A DNA stretch of 64,000 nucleotides from a virus. Made by a program: the position numbers and the translations under genes. The stretch is from IMG/VR virus record IMGVR_UViG_3300032323_002779, positions 9,241 to 73,240 of that record; one strand, given 5' to 3'. Positions 29,915-39,508 of this stretch are shown piece by piece. The notes beneath the pieces are model-generated. The model was not told the DNA's origin. It worked only from the letters and a program-made list of their open reading frames with translations, and ran no database searches. The stretch's first letter is position 1, and the number at the start of each line of letters is the position of its first letter.

Positions 29915-30046
29915 ATGAAAAAAGAGTATGTTATTGGAGGTTTGGCATTAGTAGGCGTTATTGCCTTGTTTGCTTGGTACAGTAAGCCGAAAAAGAACAA
30001 AGAGGGGTTTTATAGCGCAAGTGGTTGCGGTTGTGGAGCAAAATAA
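29915..30046 (+). CDS. MKKEY-leader family peptide 1 (43 aa, ends EGFYSASGCGCGAK), not in the ORF track
   Basis: Translated manually; paralog of 30065 and 42568-43542. Confidence 0.8.
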   Translation: MKKEYVIGGLALVGVIALFAWYSKPKKNKEGFYSASGCGCGAK

Positions 30047-30064
30047 TCATTAAAATCGAATAAA

Positions 30065-30196
30065 ATGAAAAAAGAGTATATCATCGGAGGTTTAGCATTA
30101 GTTGGCATTATTGCCTTGTTTGCTTTTTATACAAAACCAAAAAAGAACAAAGACGGGTTTTATAGCGCAAGTGGTTGCGGTTATGGAGCAAAATAA
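30065..30196 (+). CDS. MKKEY-leader family peptide 2 (43 aa, ends DGFYSASGCGYGAK), not in the ORF track
   Basis: Tandem duplicate of 29915; TAATG overlap with the next gene. Confidence 0.8.
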   Translation: MKKEYIIGGLALVGIIALFAFYTKPKKNKDGFYSASGCGYGAK

Positions 30197-30489
30197 TGGC
30201 TTATAAAATTTTACCATATTCAAAAGCACAGGCGAACAAGTTGGGGGTTGAAATAAAACCCTCAACGAATTCGCTAAAAAAAATTGATGTTTTTAAGAAT
30301 GGTAAAAAAGTCGCTACAATAGGGGCTTTGGGTATGAATGATTATCCAACCTATTTAGAGAAAGAAAAAAAAGGATATTTCCCAAAAGGGTATGCCAAAG
30401 AAAGACGCAGGTTGTATAAACAACGCCACGAAAAAGACCGTCATAAAAGAGGGACAAATGGTTGGTATGCAGACAAAATATTGTGGTAA
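30196..30489 (+). CDS. Basic viral protein, DUF5754-like
   Basis: IG..GMNDY..RR.LY..RH..GWYA..ILW pattern; ATG 30196. Confidence 0.55.
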   Translation: MAYKILPYSKAQANKLGVEIKPSTNSLKKIDVFKNGKKVATIGALGMNDYPTYLEKEKKGYFPKGYAKERRRLYKQRHEKDRHKRGTNGWYADKILW

Positions 30490-31131
30490 ATGGCTTTAAT
30501 ATACGAAGATAAAGTACCCGCTTCTTATAGAAGTGGTTTTGTAAAAAAAGTATCTGAAATTTCAGATAAGATAGGTATTAACCCTAATTGGTTAATGGCT
30601 ATTATGTATTTTGAAAGCGCAAGAACGTTTAGTCCGTCAAAAGGCAATGATATTGGTTGTTACGGTCTTATTCAGTTTTGTCCTGATAGGGGTAAAAATT
30701 ACAAAACTGTCAACGGTAAGCGATACTTAATGTCGGATATTGCTAAAATGGATTATTCCGAGCAATTAGACTTGGTTTACGAATATTACAAGCCATATAC
30801 AGGAAAACTAAAAAGTTACACCGATACATATTTTGTAACATTTTTTCCTTTGGCTATCGGTAAGCCTGATGATTGGATTATTCAGGGCGGAGGTTTTACC
30901 GCAAGACAAATATACAATTCAAACCCTGCTTTTCATCAAGTAAAAGATGGTAAAATTAGGGTTTGGGAAGTAAAGAAAAAGATATTAGAAAAACTACCAA
31001 GCGAATGGGTTAATGAGGGGAGCGTTGGTTTAGCGGTTAAAGCATACAAAAATTATATTGCAGTTGGTATTTTGTCAATTGTAGCGGGGTTAACATTATT
31101 TTATTACACTTATGATAGACGCAGTAAATAA
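30490..31131 (+). CDS. Lysozyme-fold/SLT-like enzyme with C-terminal TM anchor
   Basis: WLMAIMYFES..F.P, GLIQF, EQLD.V..Y; hydrophobic tail. Confidence 0.75.
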   Translation: MALIYEDKVPASYRSGFVKKVSEISDKIGINPNWLMAIMYFESARTFSPSKGNDIGCYGLIQFCPDRGKNYKTVNGKRYLMSDIAKMDYSEQLDLVYEYYKPYTGKLKSYTDTYFVTFFPLAIGKPDDWIIQGGGFTARQIYNSNPAFHQVKDGKIRVWEVKKKILEKLPSEWVNEGSVGLAVKAYKNYIAVGILSIVAGLTLFYYTYDRRSK

Positions 31132-31306
31132 TAGTCAAGGTGCATCTAAAAATGGTCAAATTGACGAAAAAATACAAAAGGACGTAAATAAACAAATCCA
31201 TCAACACTTATCTACAATTTTTGTAGTAGTAGGTATTGTTTCTTTTACATTAGGTGCTATCGTAAATTGGTACACAATCAAAAGGATTAAAGCAGGTAAG
31301 TCGTAA
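31112..31306 (+). CDS. Small membrane protein
   Basis: C-terminal TM followed by basic residues. Confidence 0.7.
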   Translation: MIDAVNNSQGASKNGQIDEKIQKDVNKQIHQHLSTIFVVVGIVSFTLGAIVNWYTIKRIKAGKS

Positions 31307-31731
31307 TGAAAATATTCGGACAGGTTTTAGATGTAGACGGTTTGCCAATGAGTTTGGCTAACATAACTATTACAACAGGGGATAAAGCAGGAAAATTTGG
31401 CGATGAAGCCGACTTGGACGGTAACTTTGTGATAGACGATGCTTCTATTACTCCTGATTCTGAATTTAAAATTTCATACATTGGATATGTCCCTCAATTT
31501 TTCAAAGCGAGTGAACTTCAAGGTAAAAAAATAAAACTAAAGGAGGATATATTTGCTCTTGACGAAGTAATAATTACTTCGGGCGGAGGTAAGCCTAAAG
31601 GCAATTATCCTCAAGTAGTCGCCTCTAAAAAGAACAAATTCGTTCAGCACTTACAAGACCATAAATTTATTTATGCAGGATTAGGTGGTTTAGCAGGTAT
31701 ATTGCTAATTGTTAGAGCGTTAAAAAAATAA
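31306..31731 (+). CDS. CarboxypepD_reg-like domain protein with C-terminal TM
   Basis: I.GQVLD.DG.P...ANI...DLDGNF..ISYIGY..LDEVII, like the SusC N-terminal domain of Bacteroidota. Confidence 0.75.
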   Translation: MKIFGQVLDVDGLPMSLANITITTGDKAGKFGDEADLDGNFVIDDASITPDSEFKISYIGYVPQFFKASELQGKKIKLKEDIFALDEVIITSGGGKPKGNYPQVVASKKNKFVQHLQDHKFIYAGLGGLAGILLIVRALKK

Positions 31732-31737
31732 AAATTT

Positions 31738-32082
31738 ATGGAAAAATATAAATTAAAAGAAGATATAGTTTGGGGTGTTTTACAAAATGGCGAACCAAAT
31801 ATAATTTTCAAAAAAGGAGATGTAATACAAGGCGTAGAAATCGAAAAATTTATTTTTAATAAAATTACTAAAGGAGTTGAGTCAAAACCTACTGTTACAA
31901 GCGCAAAAGTAGAAACATCAGATGGTTTAGCCTTTGTTCCGTTATCAAGTATTGAAAAAATAACTGATACTTCAATCGCAGACGTTCCACCGCAAACATT
32001 TTTACAAAAAAATAAAACCAATTTACTAATAATAGGAGTATTGGTTTTAGGATATTTAGCATATAAAAAATTTAATAAATAA
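31738..32082 (+). CDS. Tail-anchored protein, FKKG/SH3-like family
   Basis: KYKLKED..FKKGDVI..VPLSSIEK; C-terminal TM plus KKFNK. Confidence 0.75.
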   Translation: MEKYKLKEDIVWGVLQNGEPNIIFKKGDVIQGVEIEKFIFNKITKGVESKPTVTSAKVETSDGLAFVPLSSIEKITDTSIADVPPQTFLQKNKTNLLIIGVLVLGYLAYKKFNK

Positions 32083-32088
32083 AATATT

Positions 32089-32421
32089 ATGGAAGCAGAA
32101 GTGGCAGTAGCACCCGTAGCACCCGCACCCGTAGCACCCGCACCCGTAGCACCCGCACCCGTAGCACCGACATCAGGTGGAGGCGGAGATGACGTGTTTG
32201 AAAGTATGGGGTCACAAAAACCAATGGATTTAAAAAGTTTGCTTGTGTTCGGGCTTTTGATTGCATTTTCAATATATGGAATTACATATTATAGAAAGGC
32301 AATTGCCAAACTGAATGACGACAAAAAGCCAAACGAAGATTTCCTTAATTTGGTAGATGACGTAGAGGAAGTGAAATACAATGTTAAAAAAGCATTGGGG
32401 AAAAGATACTCAACAACTTAA
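32089..32421 (+). CDS. Membrane protein with (PVAPA)n N-terminus
   Basis: 15-nt repeat at about 32104-32170; central TM. Confidence 0.75.
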   Translation: MEAEVAVAPVAPAPVAPAPVAPAPVAPTSGGGGDDVFESMGSQKPMDLKSLLVFGLLIAFSIYGITYYRKAIAKLNDDKKPNEDFLNLVDDVEEVKYNVKKALGKRYSTT

Positions 32422-32430
32422 TAAGTAGTT

Positions 32431-32634
32431 ATGGCAACTGAATCAAATAACGGCAAAGCAGTTTTGTTAGCAGTCCCTTTGGGATTTGCCATCTACTCTT
32501 ATTCCAAAGGTTTTAGCATCGGCAAAGGAATATTAGTAACTGTTTTGGGAAGTTTAGCAGTAGGCGTTGCGTTAGGTGTAACAACTGTTGTTTACGGCAC
32601 TTATAAAATTGCCAATAAAGATTATACAAAATAA
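32431..32634 (+). CDS. Small two-TM protein
   Basis: Two hydrophobic segments. Confidence 0.7.
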   Translation: MATESNNGKAVLLAVPLGFAIYSYSKGFSIGKGILVTVLGSLAVGVALGVTTVVYGTYKIANKDYTK

Positions 32635-32658
32635 ACCAAGAAATAACAACAAAGGACT

Positions 32659-32841
32659 ATGGAAAAGAGCAAAGGGTTAGGCGATACCGTAGCAAAAATT
32701 ACTAAATTTACAGGAATTAAAATGATTGTAGATGCGGTAACAGAAGATTGTGGTTGCGAAGCAAGACAAGAGTGGTTAAACGGCAAAGTGCCTTATGACG
32801 GAAAGAACGTTCAGAGAATTTTGAAGTTATTTAAAAAATAA
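32659..32841 (+). CDS. Small phage protein (SKGLGDT..DCGC..RQE.LN)
   Basis: Pattern resembles a common small phage ORF of unknown function. Confidence 0.7.
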   Translation: MEKSKGLGDTVAKITKFTGIKMIVDAVTEDCGCEARQEWLNGKVPYDGKNVQRILKLFKK

Positions 32842-32855
32842 AAACTTTTAAAAAA

Positions 32856-33071
32856 GTGAAAATAAACGAAGTTAGGACAGAAACAATACAAGAATTTCAA
32901 AAAAGCCAAGCGATTAGAATTATTGATGTTTTTGTTATCGCTCCAATTTGCGTTTATGCAGGATTAAAAGGTAAAACTCTGCCAAAACTAATACAATACA
33001 GTTTGATTATTATTGGCATTTCTACTTTTTATTACAATGGGAAAAACTATTTAAAAAACAAAAAAAAATAA
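32856..33071 (+). CDS. Small two-TM protein
   Basis: GTG start; two hydrophobic helices. Confidence 0.65.
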   Translation: MKINEVRTETIQEFQKSQAIRIIDVFVIAPICVYAGLKGKTLPKLIQYSLIIIGISTFYYNGKNYLKNKKK

Positions 33072-33082
33072 AAATAGAAATT

Positions 33083-33220
33083 ATGGCAAAAAAATTAAAC
33101 GGGTATTTCAAGGCAATGTTGGAAGCCAAAAAGAGTAATAAGGCATCATTTACCTACAACGGTAAAACGTATGTAGCATTAAAAACCAAAACAGGTATGA
33201 CTGTTTACAAAGCAAAATAA
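33083..33220 (+). CDS. Small basic protein (45 aa, MAKKLNGYFKAMLEAKK...), possible DNA-binding; not in the ORF track
   Basis: Fills the gap; Lys-rich. Confidence 0.7.
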   Translation: MAKKLNGYFKAMLEAKKSNKASFTYNGKTYVALKTKTGMTVYKAK

Positions 33221-33222
33221 TT

Positions 33223-33477
33223 ATGAAGACAAGAGATTTAGTATTAGTAGGAGCAGGATTGTTAGTAGGCTACCTTTTAGTGGGGTATTTGAATAAATCA
33301 AAAGACAACGCTCAAGGAACAATGGGTTCATCAGATTCAACAGTTGACCAAGCAAAAATTGACGCTTGTAATAAACAAGTAGCGGATTTTATGGCTACTG
33401 CTAAATTTGGGGCAGGTGCAGATTTAGACGCAATTAGAAAAGAGCAGTTTGATGCTTGTATGGCGAAAACCGCTTAA
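33223..33477 (+). CDS. Signal-anchored protein with C-terminal Cys pair
   Basis: N-terminal TM; KID.C...F..CM; paralog of 33490. Confidence 0.75.
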   Translation: MKTRDLVLVGAGLLVGYLLVGYLNKSKDNAQGTMGSSDSTVDQAKIDACNKQVADFMATAKFGAGADLDAIRKEQFDACMAKTA

Positions 33478-33489
33478 TTAAAAAAAAAT

Positions 33490-33819
33490 ATGAACAATAG
33501 AGAGGTAATTTTATTTGGAGTTGGTTTTTTAGTCGGGTATATGGTTATAAGAGCAACAAAAAACAATGTTGTTCTTAATCCTGCAACTCAAAGTCTTCCG
33601 AACACTTATGCTGAAACAATTCCACCTGCAACGGCAGGGACGGTGGCAGGTACTACTCAAATTCAAGAACCTGAAATTGTGGAAACATTAGAAGACCCTA
33701 AAATCGCAGATTGTAAAGAAAAATGGATTAAATTCGCAGAAACAAGAAAATTTGCTTCTGCGGAACAAGAACAAGCGACATACGATAACTTTATGACAAG
33801 TTGCGTAGCGCAATCTTAA
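33490..33819 (+). CDS. Signal-anchored protein with C-terminal Cys pair
   Basis: N-terminal TM; KIADC...KF...FM.SC. Confidence 0.75.
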   Translation: MNNREVILFGVGFLVGYMVIRATKNNVVLNPATQSLPNTYAETIPPATAGTVAGTTQIQEPEIVETLEDPKIADCKEKWIKFAETRKFASAEQEQATYDNFMTSCVAQS

Positions 33820-33829
33820 AAAAACGTAT

Positions 33830-34474
33830 ATGGAGTTTAATGATTTGACATACGGAAATCCTACTCACGACCAATTACAGTTCGTCAAAGAGGCTTGTTT
33901 GGTCGATAATCTATTTGAAACTTTTAAGGATTCGGTTATACCTAAAAATGATTCGGAATTAGTTAAAGAAGAACTTAACGAAATTGCTGACTGTTTAGCG
34001 GTTATTTCTCAACCTGAAAACCAAAATTACCTCAAAAGATATTTGGCTTACGACAGGAATTTAATTCAAGCGTTGTCAAGTATTTTTAAGCAAAAAGATA
34101 TTGAGGTTGAGGAACTAATCACGGAGGTTGTAAAGGATATTCAGAATTTGATTTACAAATTAAAGTTTCACTTTCAAAGACCAAGACCTTTTCAATTGGC
34201 GCAGTATTACAAACTCAAACTTTTTCCTTATAAAAGTTTCTCTGCTCATACACCGTCATACCCGTCAGGGCATACGATTCAAGCAATTGTAATACTTAAT
34301 GTCATCGGAAATAAATATCCAACAGAATACCAATATTGCAAAGAATTAATAGAAGATATTATTTATAGCAGGGTGTATTTAGGGCATCATTTCCCAAGCG
34401 ATAATGACGGCGGAAGAGAAATAGGCAAGGCGATATTAAAAGACCCTGAATTTACCAAGAAATACGGAATTTAA
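33830..34474 (+). CDS. PAP2/haloperoxidase-family phosphatase
   Basis: K..F.RPRP, PSYPSGH and SR...G.HFPSD motifs. Confidence 0.88.
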   Translation: MEFNDLTYGNPTHDQLQFVKEACLVDNLFETFKDSVIPKNDSELVKEELNEIADCLAVISQPENQNYLKRYLAYDRNLIQALSSIFKQKDIEVEELITEVVKDIQNLIYKLKFHFQRPRPFQLAQYYKLKLFPYKSFSAHTPSYPSGHTIQAIVILNVIGNKYPTEYQYCKELIEDIIYSRVYLGHHFPSDNDGGREIGKAILKDPEFTKKYGI

Positions 34475-34497
34475 CAACCAAGAACAAAACAACAACA

Positions 34498-34884
34498 ATG
34501 AAACACGAGGAATATGAATTACAAAAATCGGTAGCCCGTTATTTATCTTACCAATATCCTGACGTTGATTTTTTATCAGATACAATCGCATCTATAAAAC
34601 TAACGGAAAGACAGGCGGGGAGAAATAAACTCATTCAAAAGAACGGGTTTAAATGTCCTGATGTTTTAATTCTTGAACCACGAAAAAACTACTGTGGCTT
34701 ATTTATAGAACTTAAAACAGAAAGCCCTTTTAAAAAAGACGGCACAATTAAGGCTTCTCAAAAAGACCACTTAAAATTACAACACGAATCTTTGCAAAGA
34801 CTATCTTCAAAAGGTTATTGCGCAGAATTTTCGTGGAGTTTTGATATGACCAAAAAAATTATTGACGAATACTTAACAGATTAG
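34498..34884 (+). CDS. VRR-NUC (PD-(D/E)xK) nuclease
   Basis: E..LQ, PDVLI..GLFIELK, Q...L..L...GY. Confidence 0.8.
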   Translation: MKHEEYELQKSVARYLSYQYPDVDFLSDTIASIKLTERQAGRNKLIQKNGFKCPDVLILEPRKNYCGLFIELKTESPFKKDGTIKASQKDHLKLQHESLQRLSSKGYCAEFSWSFDMTKKIIDEYLTD

Positions 34885-34886
34885 AT

Positions 34887-35330
34887 ATGAAACAGGAAAC
34901 TGACAACGTGTCTATGGTCTTTAAGGAATTAGATAAGACGATACAGATTATTGGTGCTGAAAAACTAATTGAAATTTTGAAGTACTCAAGAAAAAATCCC
35001 CCAACACTAAATCAAGAGCAAATTGAAAAAGCGTTGAAATTAGTTCAGGTGGTGTGTGATGAATTTAAAATTTCTTTGGACGACATTTTCGATATGAAGC
35101 GAAAAAACAACCGAAGAATTTCAATAGGCATTTGCGCCTTTGTAATACAGAAACAATTGAATCTTGACAACTCCAACATATCCTATATTTTGAAGAAATC
35201 AGATACTTTAGTATCTTTGTATAAGCAAGAAATTTTACGTTTAAATTCAAACCACCCGTCAGATAGACAAATATTAGAAAAAATTGACAACATTAATGCT
35301 AACATAGATAAATTATTTAAAAATGGTTAA
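34887..35330 (+). CDS. Hypothetical protein with DnaA-C-terminal-like HTH
   Basis: VC.EF.IS..DI...R...R...I...L.K..T.V pattern. Confidence 0.5.
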   Translation: MKQETDNVSMVFKELDKTIQIIGAEKLIEILKYSRKNPPTLNQEQIEKALKLVQVVCDEFKISLDDIFDMKRKNNRRISIGICAFVIQKQLNLDNSNISYILKKSDTLVSLYKQEILRLNSNHPSDRQILEKIDNINANIDKLFKNG

Positions 35331-36417
35331 CCAAGAAAACTTTGAAACAATTGAGGACGCACAAATTATTAATGATGATTTTTCTCCTTTAGACGCACCT
35401 GTAAAACAAAGGTCGTACACACAACACAAAATGGACGATGCTCAATATATGGGCGAATTAGAAGAGCCGTCTTTTGAAAGACCGAGTTTTGCCGACCTTG
35501 ATGGTAGTGCTGAAGAAGAAGCCTCTGAACCCGAAAGACCATTCAACCCGTCTTACAACGAGTTAGACGGTAAAGAGAAAACTATGGGGGCAGAAATGAT
35601 GGCTGAAATGACTTTAGACATCTACGAGAAAGGTTGCTTCTATTTAGGTAAAATCCCTGAAATAAGTGAGGGTAAAATCGATAAGTTAATTGCGGAGGGG
35701 GAAATAGACCCGTCAATCCAACTTCAAACTGAAGCAGGAGCAATGCCAATCAAAGAATTTGCAGTAGAATTTAACGACAGTATAAAAGAAGCGTTTCTTG
35801 TAAGTGATGAATTTAAAGAAAAGGTAAAACCGCCTTTAATTCGTGTGTTCAAAAAGCGTGGTATCGGAATGACTGACGAACAGTTGTTGGCATACTACTT
35901 TGTTACGGATTTAGGCGCAAAGGGCGCACAAGCATTTATGTTGCGTAAAACAACAAATAGCATTATAGATTCTTTAAGAGAGAACACTATGGCTATGAGA
36001 GAAAACCAAATGAATAGCGAAAGACCTCAACCACAGGGTCAGCCTCAACAACAATATCAGGAAAGACCTCCTGTTTATTCAGAACCGTCAACAGATGACG
36101 TTTCCTACACAGATAATATAGCGGAAGTTGTAGAAGAACCTGTAAGCAGAACTCGAAGAAGACCACAAAGAAGTGAACCTAAAACTAATTTAGACGAACA
36201 GTTGGCTTATTTTGAACCTGAAGAACAAGGCGTTTATAGCAACCTTAAAGATAATGGAGGCTTTACAGATGACTTTACAGACGTAGCAGGTATGCCAAAG
36301 TTCGGCGACCCTACAATTCTTTCGGAATTAGAAAGATTAAGTGGCAACGAGCCGACCAAGCCTGTGAGAAAGAGAAGAACTACCGCAGTAAAAAAACCAA
36401 GAGGAGGTAAAAAATAA
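35323..36417 (+). CDS. Acidic/disordered hypothetical protein upstream of the packaging ATPase
   Basis: 364-aa ORF with a basic C-terminus. Confidence 0.75.
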   Translation: MVNQENFETIEDAQIINDDFSPLDAPVKQRSYTQHKMDDAQYMGELEEPSFERPSFADLDGSAEEEASEPERPFNPSYNELDGKEKTMGAEMMAEMTLDIYEKGCFYLGKIPEISEGKIDKLIAEGEIDPSIQLQTEAGAMPIKEFAVEFNDSIKEAFLVSDEFKEKVKPPLIRVFKKRGIGMTDEQLLAYYFVTDLGAKGAQAFMLRKTTNSIIDSLRENTMAMRENQMNSERPQPQGQPQQQYQERPPVYSEPSTDDVSYTDNIAEVVEEPVSRTRRRPQRSEPKTNLDEQLAYFEPEEQGVYSNLKDNGGFTDDFTDVAGMPKFGDPTILSELERLSGNEPTKPVRKRRTTAVKKPRGGKK

Positions 36418-36419
36418 TT

Positions 36420-36536
36420 ATGGCTACCAATTTGACGAATAATAAAAACAACAATAACAACTCTTTGTGGGTTGTTTTGTTGGTATTCGTGATTTGGTTT
36501 ATTGTATTTATTTTTAAACTAAAACAACAAATGTAA
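36420..36536 (+). CDS. Small membrane protein (38 aa), not in the ORF track
   Basis: MATNLTNNKNNNNNSLWVVLLVFVIWFIVFIFKLKQQM fills the gap before the ATPase. Confidence 0.6.
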   Translation: MATNLTNNKNNNNNSLWVVLLVFVIWFIVFIFKLKQQM

Positions 36537-36537
36537 T

Positions 36538-37353
36538 ATGGAGATTAGAGAACCAAAATTAGGAGTTGCGGTAGGTAGGAAAGGTTGCGGAAAGACCTAC
36601 ACTACTACTAAAATGATTAAACAATACGTTTTAGGAAATCCCTCAAGAGGTGTTCCTGCAAGACGTGCATTAATTCTTGATGTTAATGATGAATTTGAAG
36701 ACATTAAAGCATTAAAACAATCGGACATAGTTAGATTTTCGGCGCACCCTAAAATTGAAGCGAGAAGAATTAGACCGTTTCACGACAACGGTGTTAGAAT
36801 GACTTTAAGAGAAATACAAGAAGTACTATTTAAAATATTAAACGATTACAGGGGTGGATTATTACTTATCGAAGACATTAACCGCTACGTTAGTGACTAC
36901 TTACCGAATGACCTTGTTGGTGCAATCTGTACTAACAGACACACGGACACAGACATTATTCTTCACTTTCAGTCCATAGGGCGTATTTCGCCTAAAATTT
37001 GGCAGAATTTGAATTGGATTAGATTTCATAAAATCACAGATGATGTAATCAAGCACAGGAATAAGTTTGAGGAAAAATTAGAGTTACTGCTATTGGTTGA
37101 GGCATACATCAACACACAATACGAAGAGGGCGATAAAAGGGTTTTTACCTACGTTGATATTGATGACGAAAAGGTTTTGGTAAAAGACAAGGCGAGGTTT
37201 CAAAAAATAATTGAAAACTACCTTATTGCCAATCAAAAGAAATTATTAGTACCTTTAACGGTTAAAAATCCGCTTATCTCTGCGAAGCCTATGACGCTTG
37301 AGGGTGCTTTAAAACACAAAACACAATTGCTTATGAAGCAATATGTCGGATAA
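36538..37353 (+). CDS. FtsK-HerA superfamily genome-packaging ATPase (A32/PRD1 P9-like)
   Basis: VAVGRKGCGKT Walker A near the N-terminus, LILD.N.E, LLLIED Walker B, NRH arginine finger, hhhQ motif; about 270 aa with no nuclease domain. Confidence 0.75.
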   Translation: MEIREPKLGVAVGRKGCGKTYTTTKMIKQYVLGNPSRGVPARRALILDVNDEFEDIKALKQSDIVRFSAHPKIEARRIRPFHDNGVRMTLREIQEVLFKILNDYRGGLLLIEDINRYVSDYLPNDLVGAICTNRHTDTDIILHFQSIGRISPKIWQNLNWIRFHKITDDVIKHRNKFEEKLELLLLVEAYINTQYEEGDKRVFTYVDIDDEKVLVKDKARFQKIIENYLIANQKKLLVPLTVKNPLISAKPMTLEGALKHKTQLLMKQYVG

Positions 37354-37378
37354 ACATTAACCATTAAATTAACAGACT

Positions 37379-37741
37379 ATGAGAAAGTTTTTAGTTAAAA
37401 ATTTTGTGCTTGACTACCAAATCAAGTTATTTGGAAAATGCTACAACGCTCCGAGAGCAAGTAGAATAATTTTTCCGCTTTTTGTAATTACGGGAACGGC
37501 AAACGCTTTAAACGACAACTTTCCTACGCCAACAACCTTAATATGGGTTTTATATGCTCTAACTGTTTTGGCTTTGTTTTTCGGGTTTGTTTATTTCCAT
37601 ATTTATCCTGTAAAATTTTCAGAACTTGACAATTATCAAAAATTGCTTTACGGTTTTGTTGCTTTTGAACGGCTTACAAAAGACGAAATCAAAGAATGGG
37701 AAGAAATAAGAAAAGAATACGAATTAACGACTAATTGTTAA
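37379..37741 (+). CDS. Two-TM membrane protein
   Basis: Two hydrophobic helices. Confidence 0.7.
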   Translation: MRKFLVKNFVLDYQIKLFGKCYNAPRASRIIFPLFVITGTANALNDNFPTPTTLIWVLYALTVLALFFGFVYFHIYPVKFSELDNYQKLLYGFVAFERLTKDEIKEWEEIRKEYELTTNC

Positions 37742-37822
37742 TATTTTTTTTATTTTTGAAAAATAATATTTCCAAACCAAGAAACTTTAATTAACTGAAT
37801 ATTAATCAATAAAATTAAAGTT

Positions 37823-38098
37823 ATGGAAAAAAATAAACAAGAAAGATGGTTTTTGACAAAGTTTTTTTGTGAAAAATCAGAGCCAAGTTCCAAAAGACTT
37901 GTTGGTATAGTTGGGGCTTTTACATTATTCGCAACACTTTTTGCAAATAGTTTTACTCACGTTGATAATGCGCCAAGCGACACTTTAGTTCAAGCAGTCG
38001 CATTTTTATCTTTTGGAGCATTAGGTATTACAGGTTTTGAAAGGATATTTTCAAAAAAAGAGCCTGTTTCTAAAAACGAAGAAAACTCTCCTGAATAA
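37823..38098 (+). CDS. Putative holin
   Basis: SSKRL followed by two TMs, directly upstream of the endolysin. Confidence 0.6.
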   Translation: MEKNKQERWFLTKFFCEKSEPSSKRLVGIVGAFTLFATLFANSFTHVDNAPSDTLVQAVAFLSFGALGITGFERIFSKKEPVSKNEENSPE

Positions 38099-38126
38099 TA
38101 AAAAAAACAACTAAAAAATAAAAATT

Positions 38127-38591
38127 ATGAAATTATCAGAGCATTTATCATTGTCAGAAGTTACTCGAAGCGATATGGCAAAAAGAAAGGGCATTAGCAA
38201 TATGCCGACACCTGAACACATTGAGAACTTTAAAAAATTGGCAGAAAATATTTTTGAGCCAATTCGTAAACATTTTGGAGTTCCAATATTTGTATCGTCA
38301 GGGTACAGAAGCAAGGCACTCAATACTGCTATCGGCGGAAGTTTGTCAAGCCAACATTGTCAGGGCGAAGCAATTGACATCGATATGGACGGTAGCGCAA
38401 ATGGAGTTACAAACAAAATGGTTTTTGATTACATCAAAGCCCATTTAAACTTTGACCAATTAATTTGGGAGTTTGGAACTAAAGACAATCCTGATTGGGT
38501 ACACGTTTCTTACGAATCCACAGGAAAGCAACGTAAACAAGTTTTAAGAGCAATAAAAAGCGGAGGAAAAACTACTTATCAGCCTTATTAG
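38127..38591 (+). CDS. Peptidase M15 endolysin
   Basis: SSGYRS..LN..IGG...SQH..GEA.D and WVHVSY zinc-binding motifs. Confidence 0.9.
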   Translation: MKLSEHLSLSEVTRSDMAKRKGISNMPTPEHIENFKKLAENIFEPIRKHFGVPIFVSSGYRSKALNTAIGGSLSSQHCQGEAIDIDMDGSANGVTNKMVFDYIKAHLNFDQLIWEFGTKDNPDWVHVSYESTGKQRKQVLRAIKSGGKTTYQPY

Positions 38592-38593
38592 TA

Positions 38594-38989
38594 ATGGAAA
38601 ACGTAAAAAACGTCCTGTCAAATAAGATGACATTATTAATGATAATGATTTGTCTTGTTTTTTGCTTTCAAGTATTCAACTTGTTTAGTAACGGTACTGA
38701 ATCTGTAAAGGTAGATTATATCAAAAAGGAAATAAACGGCTTAAAAGATGACGTAAACGAAATCCATAAGTCGGAAAAGGCTTTAGACAAAAAAATAGAT
38801 ACTTTTAATTATCAAATTAAAAACATACACGAAGCAGTTACCATAAATAACACGAAAATTGAAAACCTTAAAAAATATGAAAAAGTTCAAAATGATAAGT
38901 TTAAGTCTTATGATGCTCGTATGTGGGAGAAGTATTTCGCAGACCGTTACGCCTCAAAAATTACCAACTCCACAGAAACAAGAGAATAG
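38594..38989 (+). CDS. Putative spanin-like protein (N-terminal TM plus coiled coil)
   Basis: Follows the endolysin and overlaps the next gene. Confidence 0.5.
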   Translation: MENVKNVLSNKMTLLMIMICLVFCFQVFNLFSNGTESVKVDYIKKEINGLKDDVNEIHKSEKALDKKIDTFNYQIKNIHEAVTINNTKIENLKKYEKVQNDKFKSYDARMWEKYFADRYASKITNSTETRE

Positions 38990-39320
38990 TGTTGTCATAG
39001 ACACGACTGTCGCAAGACTAATAGCCAAAGACCTTGTTAGCGGAGATGTTTGTAAGCAGGAAATAAAGTTAGTTAGGAGCAATTTGGCTTTAACCAAGAA
39101 AGAAGTTGTTTTCAAAGACAGTATTATTAACACGTTAAGTATTCAAAAAGATAAACTTAATTTGATTATCTCAAAGAAAGACGAAATGTTTACCAAGCAA
39201 GAGGAAATTTCTAATACATACAAAAAGGCACTTTCAAAGCAAAAGACAACAACCTTTCTTTACAAAGCATTATCCTTGTTAGGTGTAATTTCCACCACAC
39301 TACTTATAATTAAACCATAA
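38877..39320 (+). CDS. Putative second spanin-like component (signal peptide, coiled coil, C-terminal TM)
   Basis: Overlaps 38594 in another frame; ATG 38877 gives MKKFKMISLSLMMLVCGRSISQ; lipobox weak. Confidence 0.45.
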   Translation: MKKFKMISLSLMMLVCGRSISQTVTPQKLPTPQKQENSVVIDTTVARLIAKDLVSGDVCKQEIKLVRSNLALTKKEVVFKDSIINTLSIQKDKLNLIISKKDEMFTKQEEISNTYKKALSKQKTTTFLYKALSLLGVISTTLLIIKP

Positions 39321-39325
39321 AAACG

Positions 39326-39354
39326 AAGCGCACCAATACGGTGCGTTTTTTTTT
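39326..39354 (+). terminator. Rho-independent terminator
   Basis: aagcgcacc-aatac-ggtgcgttt hairpin followed by a T-run. Confidence 0.85.
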
Positions 39355-39436
39355 GCGCAATTAATTTAAAATAGTTTAAAAAAAATTTGTTTAAGATAAA
39401 GTAGGCATTAACTTATCATCAATGTAGTTTATATTA

Positions 39437-39444
39437 TAAATTTG
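39437..39444 (+). promoter_or_regulatory. Bacteroidota -7 promoter element for the capsid-candidate unit
   Basis: TAAATTTG in the intergenic region; -33 element unclear. Confidence 0.5.
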
Positions 39445-39508
39445 GCTTGATATTATTTCTGTAAATAATTATCATTAAAAATAAGTTTAATCGAAAAATC
39501 ATTCTGTA

